Notes: generated by a model not told the origin, from the letters alone. A stretch of 64,000 nt of DNA from Candidatus Poribacteria bacterium (GCA_965232235.1 OZ246960.1:1132479-1196478); one strand, 5' to 3'. Counted from the first letter of the stretch, positions 52,106 to 62,249 are shown. Numbers and translations are program-made.

Positions 52106-52145
52106 CTACAGATATACTTGGGGCGCGGAATGCATGAGTCCTATT

Positions 52146-54428
52146 CTACTTACCTACCAACATTTTCCGCGTGGCGGTGAATTCTCCCGCAGTCAGCGTG
52201 CAGAAATAGACGCCATTCACTACTGTCTCTCCCTGCTGATTTCGTCCGTCCCAATATGCCGCGTGACCTCGCTCGGTGTAGAATCCCGCTGGTTGATACC
52301 CCAAATCAAATTGCCGCACCAACATACCTTTCGCGTCATAGACGTTGAGCGTCACCTTGGCGTCGTCCGCTAGATGATACGGTATCCATGTCTCCGGGTT
52401 GAATGGATTCGGGTAGTTTGGCAGGAGCGCCGTTTCAGTCGGAGCTACGGACTTGGATGGAGGTGAACGTTCCGGGAGTTGCTTCGTCTCATCGCTGACC
52501 GACACTCGCTTGGTGTCGCCCCACGTTGTTGAACGCATCAGCTCCCACAGCAAGACTGTGCCGTCGTAGCTTCCACTCGCAAGCGTGAGACCATCGGGAG
52601 AAAAGGCGATGAATTTCACCGATTCGGAATGCCCTTCAAGCGTCCGTAGGTGTTCCCCAGTGACAGAATTCCACAGACGAACCGTGTCGTCCCCACTTCC
52701 ACTCGCGAGCGTTAGACCGTCAGGAGAAAACGCTACGGACGCCACCCCGCTGGTATGTCCTTCAATCGTTTGCAGGCGTTCTCCAGTGATTACGTCCCAC
52801 ATACGAACCGTGTCATCCCCACTGCCGCTGGCGAGCGTGAGTCCATCGGCTGAGAACGCCACGGATGTCACGCTTTCTCTATGTCCCACAAGAGCGTGCG
52901 TAGCTTTCGCCGTGCGGATATCCCATAGACGAATTGCGGCGTCGCCCCAACTGCCGCCGCTCGCTAGCATTGCACCATCGGGCGAGAACGCTAGGGTAGC
53001 GACAGTGCCCAAATGTCCCACAAGAGTTTCCAGCCTCTCACCCGTGCGGACATTCCATAAATGAACCATGCTGCCATACCCGCTGGCAAGCCATCTTCCG
53101 TTGGGCGAGAGCGCCACCGCATCGACATCTCCCCATCCACTCCACTCCATGAGTATATGCAAACTCTCACCGGTACGCGCATCCCACAAACGAGCTGTAA
53201 GGTCAATTCCGCCGCTACTGGCAAGTATGGAGCCATCGTGCGAAAATGCGAGTGACCGGACTGTAAATTCATGCCCCACCAAGCTCTGATAGTTTTGCCC
53301 GGAAAGCACATCCCACAGACGAACCGTTTCGTCACCATGTGCCGTAGCGCTCGCGAGTGTAAGACCATCGGGAGAATACGCGATGGAATCCACGGGCATC
53401 GTATGTTCCGCAATGGTCAGAATATCTTCTCCGGTGGGCACATCCCATAAGCACACCCTCCCGTCCCGACTACTTCCGCCCGCAATTATCAACTCATCCG
53501 ACGAAAACCGTATGAAATCGGCAGCACCCGTGTGCGCATAAAACGCCTTTAGATGTTCCCCTGTGTGGACATCCCACAAACGTACCGGGCTGAGTGCGCC
53601 TGGACCCCCACTTGCAAGCGTAAGACTGTCGGGCGAGAACGATATGCAGTTCACACCGCCCGAACGTTCTTCAAGCGAATGCAGGAACTCTCCGGTGCGC
53701 ACATCCCACAAGCGAATATTGCCGCCCCCTCCTGCAAGCGTTTGTCCATCTTTCGAGAACGCTACCGCAGTGACACTACGTGTATTCCCCTTGAGCGCGT
53801 GCAGTAACTCACCGTTGTGGACATTCCACAGACGAATTGTGCTCACCTCCCATCCACCCCCACTGGCAAGTGTGGAACCACCGGGCGAAAACCGGACAAA
53901 TTCGACCGAACGCGTATGGCCGGACAGCGTTCGCAAGAACTCGCCGGTGCGAACATCCCATAAACGAACCGTCTGGTCGCCGTAACCCCCGCCGCTGGCA
54001 AGCATTAAGCCATCGGGCGAGAACGCCACGGATTCGACCGAGCGAGTATGTCCCTCAAGTGTAAGCAGATGCGTCCCGGTGCGCACATTCCACAGACGGA
54101 CTGTTTTGTCTCTCGACCCTCCGCCGCTGGCAAGCGTAAGTCCATCCGGCGAGAACGCTACGGCATACACTCTATCTGAATGCCCGGTGAGAAGATTGAC
54201 TTCTGCGCCAGTTTTCGCGTCATAGAGCCATACGCCAATGCTACTCGGTACAGCAAGCAGGGCACCGTCCGGGGAATAGGCAATCTTGCCGGTTATCTCA
54301 CCCTTGCCGAGCCGCATCTTGGCACCTTCGGGCAATTCCCACCGGTTATAGTCCTGGGCATGACTGCTCTGCAGAAACATAGCACAAACTATCAGAGGGC
54401 TGAGCTTGAATAACCTAGATTTCTTCAT
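52146..54428 (-). CDS. secreted WD40 beta-propeller protein with T9SS CTD
   Basis: Signal peptide 'MKKSRLFKLSPLIVCAMFLQSSHAQ', WD40 units, Por CTD. Confidence 0.8.
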   Translation of the reverse strand: MKKSRLFKLSPLIVCAMFLQSSHAQDYNRWELPEGAKMRLGKGEITGKIAYSPDGALLAVPSSIGVWLYDAKTGAEVNLLTGHSDRVYAVAFSPDGLTLASGGGSRDKTVRLWNVRTGTHLLTLEGHTRSVESVAFSPDGLMLASGGGYGDQTVRLWDVRTGEFLRTLSGHTRSVEFVRFSPGGSTLASGGGWEVSTIRLWNVHNGELLHALKGNTRSVTAVAFSKDGQTLAGGGGNIRLWDVRTGEFLHSLEERSGGVNCISFSPDSLTLASGGPGALSPVRLWDVHTGEHLKAFYAHTGAADFIRFSSDELIIAGGSSRDGRVCLWDVPTGEDILTIAEHTMPVDSIAYSPDGLTLASATAHGDETVRLWDVLSGQNYQSLVGHEFTVRSLAFSHDGSILASSGGIDLTARLWDARTGESLHILMEWSGWGDVDAVALSPNGRWLASGYGSMVHLWNVRTGERLETLVGHLGTVATLAFSPDGAMLASGGSWGDAAIRLWDIRTAKATHALVGHRESVTSVAFSADGLTLASGSGDDTVRMWDVITGERLQTIEGHTSGVASVAFSPDGLTLASGSGDDTVRLWNSVTGEHLRTLEGHSESVKFIAFSPDGLTLASGSYDGTVLLWELMRSTTWGDTKRVSVSDETKQLPERSPPSKSVAPTETALLPNYPNPFNPETWIPYHLADDAKVTLNVYDAKGMLVRQFDLGYQPAGFYTERGHAAYWDGRNQQGETVVNGVYFCTLTAGEFTATRKMLVGK

Positions 54429-54459
54429 CAGGTATTTCTCTTTCTTGAAACCGTGAATT

Positions 54460-56754
54460 TTACCTGCCGACCAACATCTTCCGCGTGGCGGTGAAACCAT
54501 CGGTGGTCAGTGTGTAGAAATACACGCCATTTGCCACCAGCTCACCCTGCCGATTGCGCCCGTCCCAATATGCCGCGTGTTCGCGGCTCCGGTACGCACC
54601 GGCAGGCTGGTGTCCCATTTCCAGTGTCCGAACCAACTGTCCTCTCATGTCACAAATCGTCAACACCACCTCCGAGGGCTTTCCCAGATGGTACGGTATC
54701 CACGTCTCCGGGTTAAACGGATTCGGGTAGTTTGGTAGAAGCGCCGTGTCCGCAGCAGTTAAGAGAGTAACTGAAGGTGAAAGTTCTATTGATTGCCCCG
54801 ACCCGCCGACGAACTCCGATTGCTTTATCTCACCCCAAGCCGTCACTTGCCTCACATCCCACAGTAGAACCGTACCGTCTGTGCTCGCGCTAGCCAAGGT
54901 TGAGCCATCGGGCGAGAAAGCCACGCTGGTGACTGACAACCAATTCCAGTTGAAGGTCTTCCCGATCTCCCCGGTGTGTACATCCCGTAATCGAATCACG
55001 GCGTCCCGGCTCCCACTGGCAAGCATACCCTCACGGCGCGAAAACGCAATAGCATTGAGACCACCGATATTATCACCAAGGATTCTCAGACCTTTCCCGG
55101 AGTGTACATCCCACAATCGGATGGTATCGTCTCGACTCCCGCTGGCAAGCATGGAACCGTCCGACAGGAACACTACGGAAATGACATCATCTGTGTGTCC
55201 CTCCAGCATCCCCAAATATTTTCCTGTACGTGCGTCCCACAAACGAATCGTGTCGTCCCGACTTCCGCTGGCAAGTGTGAATCCGTCCGGAGAAAACACT
55301 ACGGACGAAACCGCGTTTACGTGTCGACCGAGGGTATGTATCCCTTTTCCCGTGCCCGAATCCCACAACCGAACTGTGTTGTCCCAACCTCCACTGGCGA
55401 CCGTGCGCCCGTCGGGTGAGAACGCCACCGAATACACCTCGCCCGCATGCGCCTCAAGCGTATGTAGCCGTTCTCCGGAGTGGATATCCCATAACCGAAC
55501 CGTTCCGTCGTATTCTCCGCCGCCGCTGGAAAGCGTATACCCATCGGGGGAAATAGCCACACAACTCACTCCGTGCGTATGTCCATCAAGTGTTTGCTTG
55601 TGCTCCCAAGTTCGTGCATCCCACACACGAATCGTACCGTAAACGCCGCTGTGTGCAAAGAGATGTCCATCGAGCGAAAAAGCAATAGCGCCTTCCGTGT
55701 ACGGATATCCCCCATGATATCCCTCAACGGTATGCTTGTGTTCCCGATTGCGCATATTCCAAAAACGAATCGTACCGTCCCAACTTGCGCTGACAAGCGT
55801 GAGCCCCTCGGGCGAGATTGCTACAGAAGTCACCCTATCCGTATGTCCGGTTAGCGTCTTTAGGTGTTCTCCCGTATGCCCATCCCACAATCGTATGGTC
55901 TCGTCCCGACTACCACTGCAAAGTACCTGTCCATCCGGGGAGAACGCTACCGAGGTTACTTCGCTCACATGCCCCTCAAGCGTATGCAGGTGTTCACCCG
56001 TACGCGCATCCCACAAACGCACTGCGTTGTCATACCAACCGCCAGCGCTGGCAAGCGTTGAACTGTCAGGCGAGAACGCTAACCAATTGGATTCATCCTT
56101 ATGCCCCTCAAGCGTATGCAGGTGCTCACCCGTGCGGACATCCCACAAGCGAATTGTCTCGTCCCGGCCGTCTGCGCTGGCTAGCATGGAACCGTCCGGC
56201 GAGAACGCCACCGCATTCACCGAAGTGTTGTGACCGTGGAACGAGCGCAGGTGGTCACCTGTGCCGACATCCCACAGACTGATTGAATCGGCACGCTCTG
56301 AGCCGATACTATTTCCGCTAGCGAGGGTAGAGCCGTCGGGAGAAAACGCCAGAGCAGTTATATAAAGCGCATGACCTTTGAGCGTTCGCCGGTGCTCACC
56401 CGTATGAGCGTCCCACAGACGAATTGTAGGGTCGTCCCTGCCGCGGCCGCCGCTAGCAAGCGTGGCGCCGTCCGGAGAAAACGCGACGGAACCGACCCGA
56501 GCCGTATGCCCTGTGAGCAGGTTGAGCTCGGTGCCGGTCCCGGCATCATAAATCCAAATACCGGCATTGCTCGCGATCGCGATCCGAGTCCCGTCGGGTG
56601 AATAGGAAATATTACTGGTTATTTCGCCCTTCCCGATTCGCAATTTCGCGCCTTTGGGCAAGCCCCATCGTGTATAATCTTGGGCGAAACTGCGCGGTAC
56701 AAACAGAGCAACAGCGAGCAATAGGTAAAGTTTGAACCCCCATTTACTCCTCAT
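54460..56754 (-). CDS. secreted WD40 beta-propeller protein with T9SS CTD
   Basis: Signal peptide 'MRSKWGFKLYLLLAVALFVPRSFAQ', WD40 units, Por CTD. Confidence 0.8.
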   Translation of the reverse strand: MRSKWGFKLYLLLAVALFVPRSFAQDYTRWGLPKGAKLRIGKGEITSNISYSPDGTRIAIASNAGIWIYDAGTGTELNLLTGHTARVGSVAFSPDGATLASGGRGRDDPTIRLWDAHTGEHRRTLKGHALYITALAFSPDGSTLASGNSIGSERADSISLWDVGTGDHLRSFHGHNTSVNAVAFSPDGSMLASADGRDETIRLWDVRTGEHLHTLEGHKDESNWLAFSPDSSTLASAGGWYDNAVRLWDARTGEHLHTLEGHVSEVTSVAFSPDGQVLCSGSRDETIRLWDGHTGEHLKTLTGHTDRVTSVAISPEGLTLVSASWDGTIRFWNMRNREHKHTVEGYHGGYPYTEGAIAFSLDGHLFAHSGVYGTIRVWDARTWEHKQTLDGHTHGVSCVAISPDGYTLSSGGGEYDGTVRLWDIHSGERLHTLEAHAGEVYSVAFSPDGRTVASGGWDNTVRLWDSGTGKGIHTLGRHVNAVSSVVFSPDGFTLASGSRDDTIRLWDARTGKYLGMLEGHTDDVISVVFLSDGSMLASGSRDDTIRLWDVHSGKGLRILGDNIGGLNAIAFSRREGMLASGSRDAVIRLRDVHTGEIGKTFNWNWLSVTSVAFSPDGSTLASASTDGTVLLWDVRQVTAWGEIKQSEFVGGSGQSIELSPSVTLLTAADTALLPNYPNPFNPETWIPYHLGKPSEVVLTICDMRGQLVRTLEMGHQPAGAYRSREHAAYWDGRNRQGELVANGVYFYTLTTDGFTATRKMLVGR

Positions 56755-56830
56755 TCGATTGTTCTCCTTGCGATGCGTATCTATTCTCACAGCCTGCTCA
56801 TTTTTTGCGCCGTGCAGACAGTATTGTCGC

Positions 56831-59119
56831 TTATTTCACAAGATTCATTCGGCGAGTGCTGCGAGATTCGCCCGACTGCAGCGTGTAAAAATACAATCCG
56901 CTCGAAACGGTCTCGCCCGCATCGTTCCGGCCATCCCAATACGCTGCTTCCGACGAAGAGAGATAATCACCTGCGGACTTGGTGCCGAGATTAAGCGTCC
57001 GCACCTGACTCCCCGACGCATCGTGAATCCGGATGTTTACGTTGGCTAACTCGCTCAGTCGATACGGTATCCAGGTTTCCGGGTTGAACGGGTTGGGAAA
57101 GTTCGCCAGTAACACAGGTTTCTTGATCCATCCCAAGAGAACGGGTTCAGGAAGAAGGAATGGGGTGACATCCCAAATCTGCGGCGAAGGGTAGGTAAAA
57201 CGCGTAAGTAGCACCGACCCATCCCGACTGACATCCGCGTATTCTGGCAAAATTGGGTGTTCAAGGGGCTGGTTGGCACGCCAATTCCAAATCTGTAAAC
57301 CATCCTCTCCGTTCAAGAACAGGTAGCGCCCATCTGCACTGAAATGTGCAGGACCTTTGCCGTCAATCCGAAACAACTGTTCCGGCGCTTGTTCACCAAG
57401 TTGCCATCCCACAACCGCGTCGTACGTTGCAACAACTAAAATCGGGGGCGCAGCATGCGGATGAAACACGACGTTTGAACCGTAAAAACAACTGACGGGG
57501 ATTAATGGGAACCATGAGTAGCGATAGCTATATTCGTGTTCGCCCTGTTCCCACAAGTGCAATCGCGTACGCCTGTCCGATGCGACAAGATAGCGGTCAT
57601 CTTCGCTGAACGCAAAGCAGTATCCTGGTTCATTTCCCAGTAACTGGCGACGGTGCGGCTCATCAACATCCACTACCACCGTCGCGTTATTCCAATAGGC
57701 GCGTGTCGCAATACGGTCTCCACGATTACTAACTGCAGTCGCCATCAGCCCTCCTCCATCGAGAAGACGCGCCTGTAAACTACCGGTATATATGTCCCTG
57801 ACTTCCGTGCCGTCTGTGTCCAAGCCGACCGCAAATCGCCGACTATCCCGAGAAATCGCTAACGCATGACTATATTTTTGTGTCCCTTCGAACACGACAT
57901 GCCGCACCGAGCGTGATGGCACATCCCAAACCTTAATCAACGTGTCGTATACCTGCACGAGCGATTTACCGTCCGGGCTGAGACCGGCCCAAGCACCACG
58001 CCCGTAACCTGCCCATAGCCTGAGTTGCCGATTCTGTTTCAGGTCCCAAAGAACGGCAACCTGATCGTAATACTGCAAAATCGCGCGGCTTTCGTCGGGA
58101 GACACCGAGACGTGCTTGAGGGCGGCCGGCTCCGCGCGGAACTCGTTGATTAACGTGTTTGTCTCGACCTCCCAGACGCGTAGCCGGTCATTGAACGTAT
58201 TCCTATGGGCCCGCTGCGGCGTTCTGGTTCCCACGTACAGCCGCCGGCTATCTCCGCTGAAAACGAGTTCGAACACCTCGCCCTCATTGTAAGCTCCGAA
58301 ATCTCCGTTCCTCAGCGTTCGCGCCAGTTGGCGGGTCTCGGCGTTCCACAGGTAGACCTTCGTCGACCCCACCTCGGTCGTGGCAATCCATTGACCTTCA
58401 GGACTGTAAGCAACCTTGGTGACCCAATCCTCATGACCTTCCAAATGCCCGGCAAGCTTTCCTGTCTCAAGATCCCAAATCTCGGCATCCGGACGTTTCG
58501 ATCCGACAACGAGAAAGCGATCATCGGGACTGAAGGCTATAGAGAAGACGAATGGTGGTCGGTCATTGCACCTTGAACTGCTCCAGTTACCCCGCCAGTT
58601 ACTGCCAGAGCGACTATAACACTCATCGACAGGTCTCCTCTTATCCTCCAGCCGACCAACCCATTCACCCGTCTGCCAATCCAGCAAGAAAATATCGTCT
58701 GTCCTGCCATTTAACGCAAGAAGCGGCTGTGACCTACCGAATGCAACGCGAGACGGATAATCCAACACTCCCGCCGTCCACAATCCAAGAGATGCGAATT
58801 CCCATTCTCCGAGTTTCTCTTGCCCGTTAATGTCCCAGAGTTCGACCATGTCCTGTCTTCTGATAACAAGCAGCCTGCCATCCGGACTGACAATCACCAA
58901 CCCTAAGAATTCCGAGCTTTCGGCGAAGTTTGCAAGCACTACGTCGTTGTCCGGATCCACAATCTCTATATGCTTTGGCATAACGCGTAGCATATTCCCG
59001 TTAGGAAGGAGAGTAAGCTGGCGCAGGTACCCTTTCCCGATAGTTCCAATCGGCTCAATCGCCAGCGCTTCGCCGACGATGAGCAAACACATAAACACAA
59101 TAACGACAAATATTTTCAT
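56831..59119 (-). CDS. secreted divergent WD40-like beta-propeller protein with T9SS CTD
   Basis: Signal peptide 'MKIFVVIVFMCLLIVGEALA'. Looser WD repeats ('VWDLKQNRQLRLW', 'IWDLETGKLAGHLEGHEDWV'). Por CTD 'LANFPNPFNPETWIPYRL...AAYWDGRND'. Confidence 0.7.
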   Translation of the reverse strand: MKIFVVIVFMCLLIVGEALAIEPIGTIGKGYLRQLTLLPNGNMLRVMPKHIEIVDPDNDVVLANFAESSEFLGLVIVSPDGRLLVIRRQDMVELWDINGQEKLGEWEFASLGLWTAGVLDYPSRVAFGRSQPLLALNGRTDDIFLLDWQTGEWVGRLEDKRRPVDECYSRSGSNWRGNWSSSRCNDRPPFVFSIAFSPDDRFLVVGSKRPDAEIWDLETGKLAGHLEGHEDWVTKVAYSPEGQWIATTEVGSTKVYLWNAETRQLARTLRNGDFGAYNEGEVFELVFSGDSRRLYVGTRTPQRAHRNTFNDRLRVWEVETNTLINEFRAEPAALKHVSVSPDESRAILQYYDQVAVLWDLKQNRQLRLWAGYGRGAWAGLSPDGKSLVQVYDTLIKVWDVPSRSVRHVVFEGTQKYSHALAISRDSRRFAVGLDTDGTEVRDIYTGSLQARLLDGGGLMATAVSNRGDRIATRAYWNNATVVVDVDEPHRRQLLGNEPGYCFAFSEDDRYLVASDRRTRLHLWEQGEHEYSYRYSWFPLIPVSCFYGSNVVFHPHAAPPILVVATYDAVVGWQLGEQAPEQLFRIDGKGPAHFSADGRYLFLNGEDGLQIWNWRANQPLEHPILPEYADVSRDGSVLLTRFTYPSPQIWDVTPFLLPEPVLLGWIKKPVLLANFPNPFNPETWIPYRLSELANVNIRIHDASGSQVRTLNLGTKSAGDYLSSSEAAYWDGRNDAGETVSSGLYFYTLQSGESRSTRRMNLVK

Positions 59120-59490
59120 TATTTCCCTTTTAACGCTGTGGTTGGCATTATGGCCATGCTGCTATCTCAGAGCGGATACCTTACTAAACACGCAAATGCT
59201 ATGCCACGAGCTGATAATGCCGCGAGACTTGCCACAGTGCGGGTTTCTCGCGTTATGCGGCGTACTCGCGGGGATTCAAACTGTTCAGTTTCTGGACACG
59301 ATTGTTCAATAATGGTTTAACCAGTGTCCGAAAAAGGGCAGTGAGGCGTCTGTTGATAGGTTTGGATTACCACTTATTGAGGATCGGCGAAGGCAGGCTT
59401 ATCGGAAGGATAAGGGATTAACGATGGAAAATCCGGCTAGTTTTTGAGGATGATTACAGAAATATCACTGGGCGGAAGGACAGTCAAATC

Positions 59491-59518
59491 TTGACTTTTG
59501 GCTGTTCGATGCTATAAT
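59491..59518 (+). promoter_or_regulatory. strong sigma70-like promoter (TTGACT-16-TATAAT), likely for rlmB
   Basis: TTGACT 59491-59496, TATAAT 59513-59518. About 240 nt upstream of the rlmB ATG. The leader contains repeat-family copies at 59590-59727. Confidence 0.5.
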
Positions 59519-59589
59519 GGACCGAGTGCTACCTGTCGGTAATAGTTGGATTTTCGGTTTCCGGGTCTTGTATTGCAATTCTGCTGTAT

Positions 59590-59700
59590 TCAGTCGATAG
59601 ATCGTTGTCCACTCGGTTGAGGGATCTACTATCGCACTCGCTATTCACTCGCTTTAGGGATCTACTATCGCGCTCGCTATTCACTCGCTTGATCCTACAA
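59590..59700. repeat. tandem copies of the interspersed word family inside the rlmB leader
   Basis: 'GAGGGATCTACTATCGCACTCGCTATTCACTCGCTT' then 'TAGGGATCTACTATCGCGCTCGCTATTCACTCGCTTGATCC', followed by the GGTGGGCGGTGCCCACC palindrome box. Confidence 0.6.
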
Positions 59701-59757
59701 GAAATGGTGGGCGGTGCCCACCCTACAGACTTTCATTCCAAGAATCAACGCCTTCTA

Positions 59758-60525
59758 ATGAATAATCACACATCATCAGACCCTCATGCCATCGTCGGAC
59801 GGAACTCCGTGCTGGAACTCTTGCGCGGAGGTGACCGCGAGATTGAGCAGATCCAAATCGCCCAGGGACGGGACCACCCCCGCCTTCGCCAAATTATCTC
59901 GTTCGCCAAGAAAAAGGGGATCCGCTGCGAGTATGTCCCCCGCAGTGAACTTGATCTACTAGAACCAACCATCCCCCATCAGGGCGTCATTGCCCTTGCC
60001 AGCCCCAAGAAATATCTGGAAATCGGTACGTTGCTGGAGCAGATCCAATCCAAGCAGGGGGACCGCCCGCCCTTGATGGTCATGTTGGATGGGGTTCAAG
60101 ACCCGCGCAACCTCGGCGCAATCATGCGGACGGCAGACGCCACGGGGGTGGATGGGATTGTGATTCCGAAGAACAGAGCGGCTGGGGTGACAACAACGGT
60201 TCACAAAGCGTCGGCGGGCAGTGCGGAATACACCTCGGTCGCCCAAGTCACGAATCTCGCGCGAACCATCGAACGCATAAAAGCCTCCGATATTTGGGTT
60301 ATCGGGACTGACCAAGATGCGTCGCAAAACTACACCCAAGCGGATTTCACCGTGCCGCTTTGTCTGGTCTTGGGGAATGAGGCTGAAGGGCTGCGGAGGT
60401 TGGTGAGGGAAAAATGCGATTCGTTGGTTCGTCTGCCGATGCACGGTCATCTGCCGTCTTTGAACGTGTCGGTGGCGGCGGGTGTGCTATTGTATGAGGT
60501 TCTTCGGCAAAGGAATTCGGAGTGA
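59758..60525 (+). CDS. rlmB: 23S rRNA (guanosine-2'-O)-methyltransferase, SpoU/TrmH family
   Basis: 255 aa from ATG 59758. SPOUT motifs 'LVLGNEAEGLRRLVREKCDSLVRLPM' and 'LNVSVAAGVLLYE'. Confidence 0.75.
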   Translation: MNNHTSSDPHAIVGRNSVLELLRGGDREIEQIQIAQGRDHPRLRQIISFAKKKGIRCEYVPRSELDLLEPTIPHQGVIALASPKKYLEIGTLLEQIQSKQGDRPPLMVMLDGVQDPRNLGAIMRTADATGVDGIVIPKNRAAGVTTTVHKASAGSAEYTSVAQVTNLARTIERIKASDIWVIGTDQDASQNYTQADFTVPLCLVLGNEAEGLRRLVREKCDSLVRLPMHGHLPSLNVSVAAGVLLYEVLRQRNSE

Positions 60526-60557
60526 ATTATGGCGGGAGTTGAAACTAAACGACCGAA

Positions 60558-61265
60558 TCAGATTGCGCCCTCCTCCTTCAAGCTGGTATAGACTCCGTCC
60601 CCGATGATTATGTGATCCAGTACCGGAATTTGGATGTGATTGCCCGCCGCGATTAACTCCTTGGTCGCGCGTATGTCCTCTCTGCTCGGAGCGGGATCTC
60701 CCGACGGATGGTTGTGCACCAGAAGGATTGCGGCAGCCGCCTCCTCAATCGCGAATCGAAAAACCTCGCGCGGATGGATAATACTGGCGTTCAAGCTGCC
60801 TTCAAAGATTTGACGTCGTTTGATCACGTTGTGCTTGGTATCAAGGCAGAGGACATACAACACCTCCTGCTTTCGATCCCGCATGGATGACATCATCAGC
60901 CGCGCAACGTCGGCCGGTGCGGAGATCTGAAATTTCTCTTCATAATAGGATGCCATGCGCCTGCCCAACTCAATCGACGCTTTGATTTGAGCCGCTTTTA
61001 CGGCACCCAAGCCCTTGACAGCCTCTCCCAATTGCTGCGATGTCTCCTCCCGGATTCGCTTCAGGTTGTTGTCGTATTTCTTCAACAACTGTTCTGACAC
61101 CTGCACCGCGGTAGCTTGACCCGTTCCGGTGCGGATGATGATTGCCAACAACTCCGACGTTTTCAACCTCTCTGGGCCATGTTCTTGCAGCCGCTCTTCC
61201 GCCGGAGGTTCTTTCAACCGAATGTGATACTCAGATTCCATCGTCGTTCCCAATATGCTTGACAC
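60558..61265 (-). CDS. radC: RadC-family JAB/MPN-domain protein
   Basis: 'HNHPSGDPAPSREDIRATKEL' JAMM motif. HhH N-terminal region. Confidence 0.8.
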   Translation of the reverse strand: MSSILGTTMESEYHIRLKEPPAEERLQEHGPERLKTSELLAIIIRTGTGQATAVQVSEQLLKKYDNNLKRIREETSQQLGEAVKGLGAVKAAQIKASIELGRRMASYYEEKFQISAPADVARLMMSSMRDRKQEVLYVLCLDTKHNVIKRRQIFEGSLNASIIHPREVFRFAIEEAAAAILLVHNHPSGDPAPSREDIRATKELIAAGNHIQIPVLDHIIIGDGVYTSLKEEGAI

Positions 61266-61280
61266 GGCATCATTTGAGGA

Positions 61281-62249
61281 TTACAGGTTAATCTGCTTTC
61301 CTTGGGCGAAGGACTCACTCGCCGCCAGTGAAACCTCCAATGTTTTCAAGCCTTCGGCGTAAGGAGCGAGAATCTCCGACGGATTTCCGCTCTTGACGGC
61401 GTCGATAAAGACGCGATCCTCGCGCAATCCCCCGTTGGTGTCGTTTTGGATCGATTCCGTTTCCCCGTCGCGGTTGACTGCGGCGTCGCCGGAATTGACT
61501 TCGACGACCAGCCCGCGGCACAGCACCTCAAGCTTTACTCTGCCCCACCCTTGCACCATACAGGCTGAGGTTATATTTGCAACGACGCCGCTGGCAAATT
61601 GCAGATTAACAACACTCATGTCGTCAACGTCGTAGTTTGGTACGTCGGTCATGCTGCCTTGGGCGGCGAACCCGTGCACGGCAACGACATCGCTCCCCAC
61701 AAGATAGCGGCACAGATCGAAGATGTGGGTCGTCTGCTCAACATGCTGCCCGCCCGACTCGGCGCGAACACGCCACCACGGAACTCGCGGCAAACCGCCG
61801 ATCCAGTAGCCCAGCGCGCCCACTACGTTTGCGCCTTCGAGAGCGGCTTTCGCTTCGCGTGTGTGACCGTGATAGCGCCAATGATAGCCGACACTGGTGA
61901 TGTTGCCGCTGCTGAGTACGGCTTCATGAATCTCTCGCGCCACGTCCCCGCGAGTGCCGACCGGTTTCTCGATAAAAAATGGAATGCCATTTTCGCACGC
62001 GATCAACTCCTGTTCCCCGTGCGCGAAGGGTGGAGTACAGATATAGACGGCGTCCAACTCCTCTTTGTCGTACATTTTCTTGTAGTCGGTATAGGGAGTG
62101 CCGCCGTAATCTTGAGAGGCTTTGTTCGCCCGCTCCTCCGAGATGTCGCACATTGCCGCGAATTCGACATCGTCGAACCCCGCCAAATTCCGCAAGTGGC
62201 CGCCTGCCATTCCGCCCACGCCAATCGCACCGATTTTTACTTTATCCAT
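61281..62249 (-). CDS. Gfo/Idh/MocA family NAD(P)-dependent oxidoreductase
   Basis: N-terminal Rossmann 'KIGAIGVGGMAGGHL'. 322 aa. Confidence 0.75.
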   Translation of the reverse strand: MDKVKIGAIGVGGMAGGHLRNLAGFDDVEFAAMCDISEERANKASQDYGGTPYTDYKKMYDKEELDAVYICTPPFAHGEQELIACENGIPFFIEKPVGTRGDVAREIHEAVLSSGNITSVGYHWRYHGHTREAKAALEGANVVGALGYWIGGLPRVPWWRVRAESGGQHVEQTTHIFDLCRYLVGSDVVAVHGFAAQGSMTDVPNYDVDDMSVVNLQFASGVVANITSACMVQGWGRVKLEVLCRGLVVEVNSGDAAVNRDGETESIQNDTNGGLREDRVFIDAVKSGNPSEILAPYAEGLKTLEVSLAASESFAQGKQINL

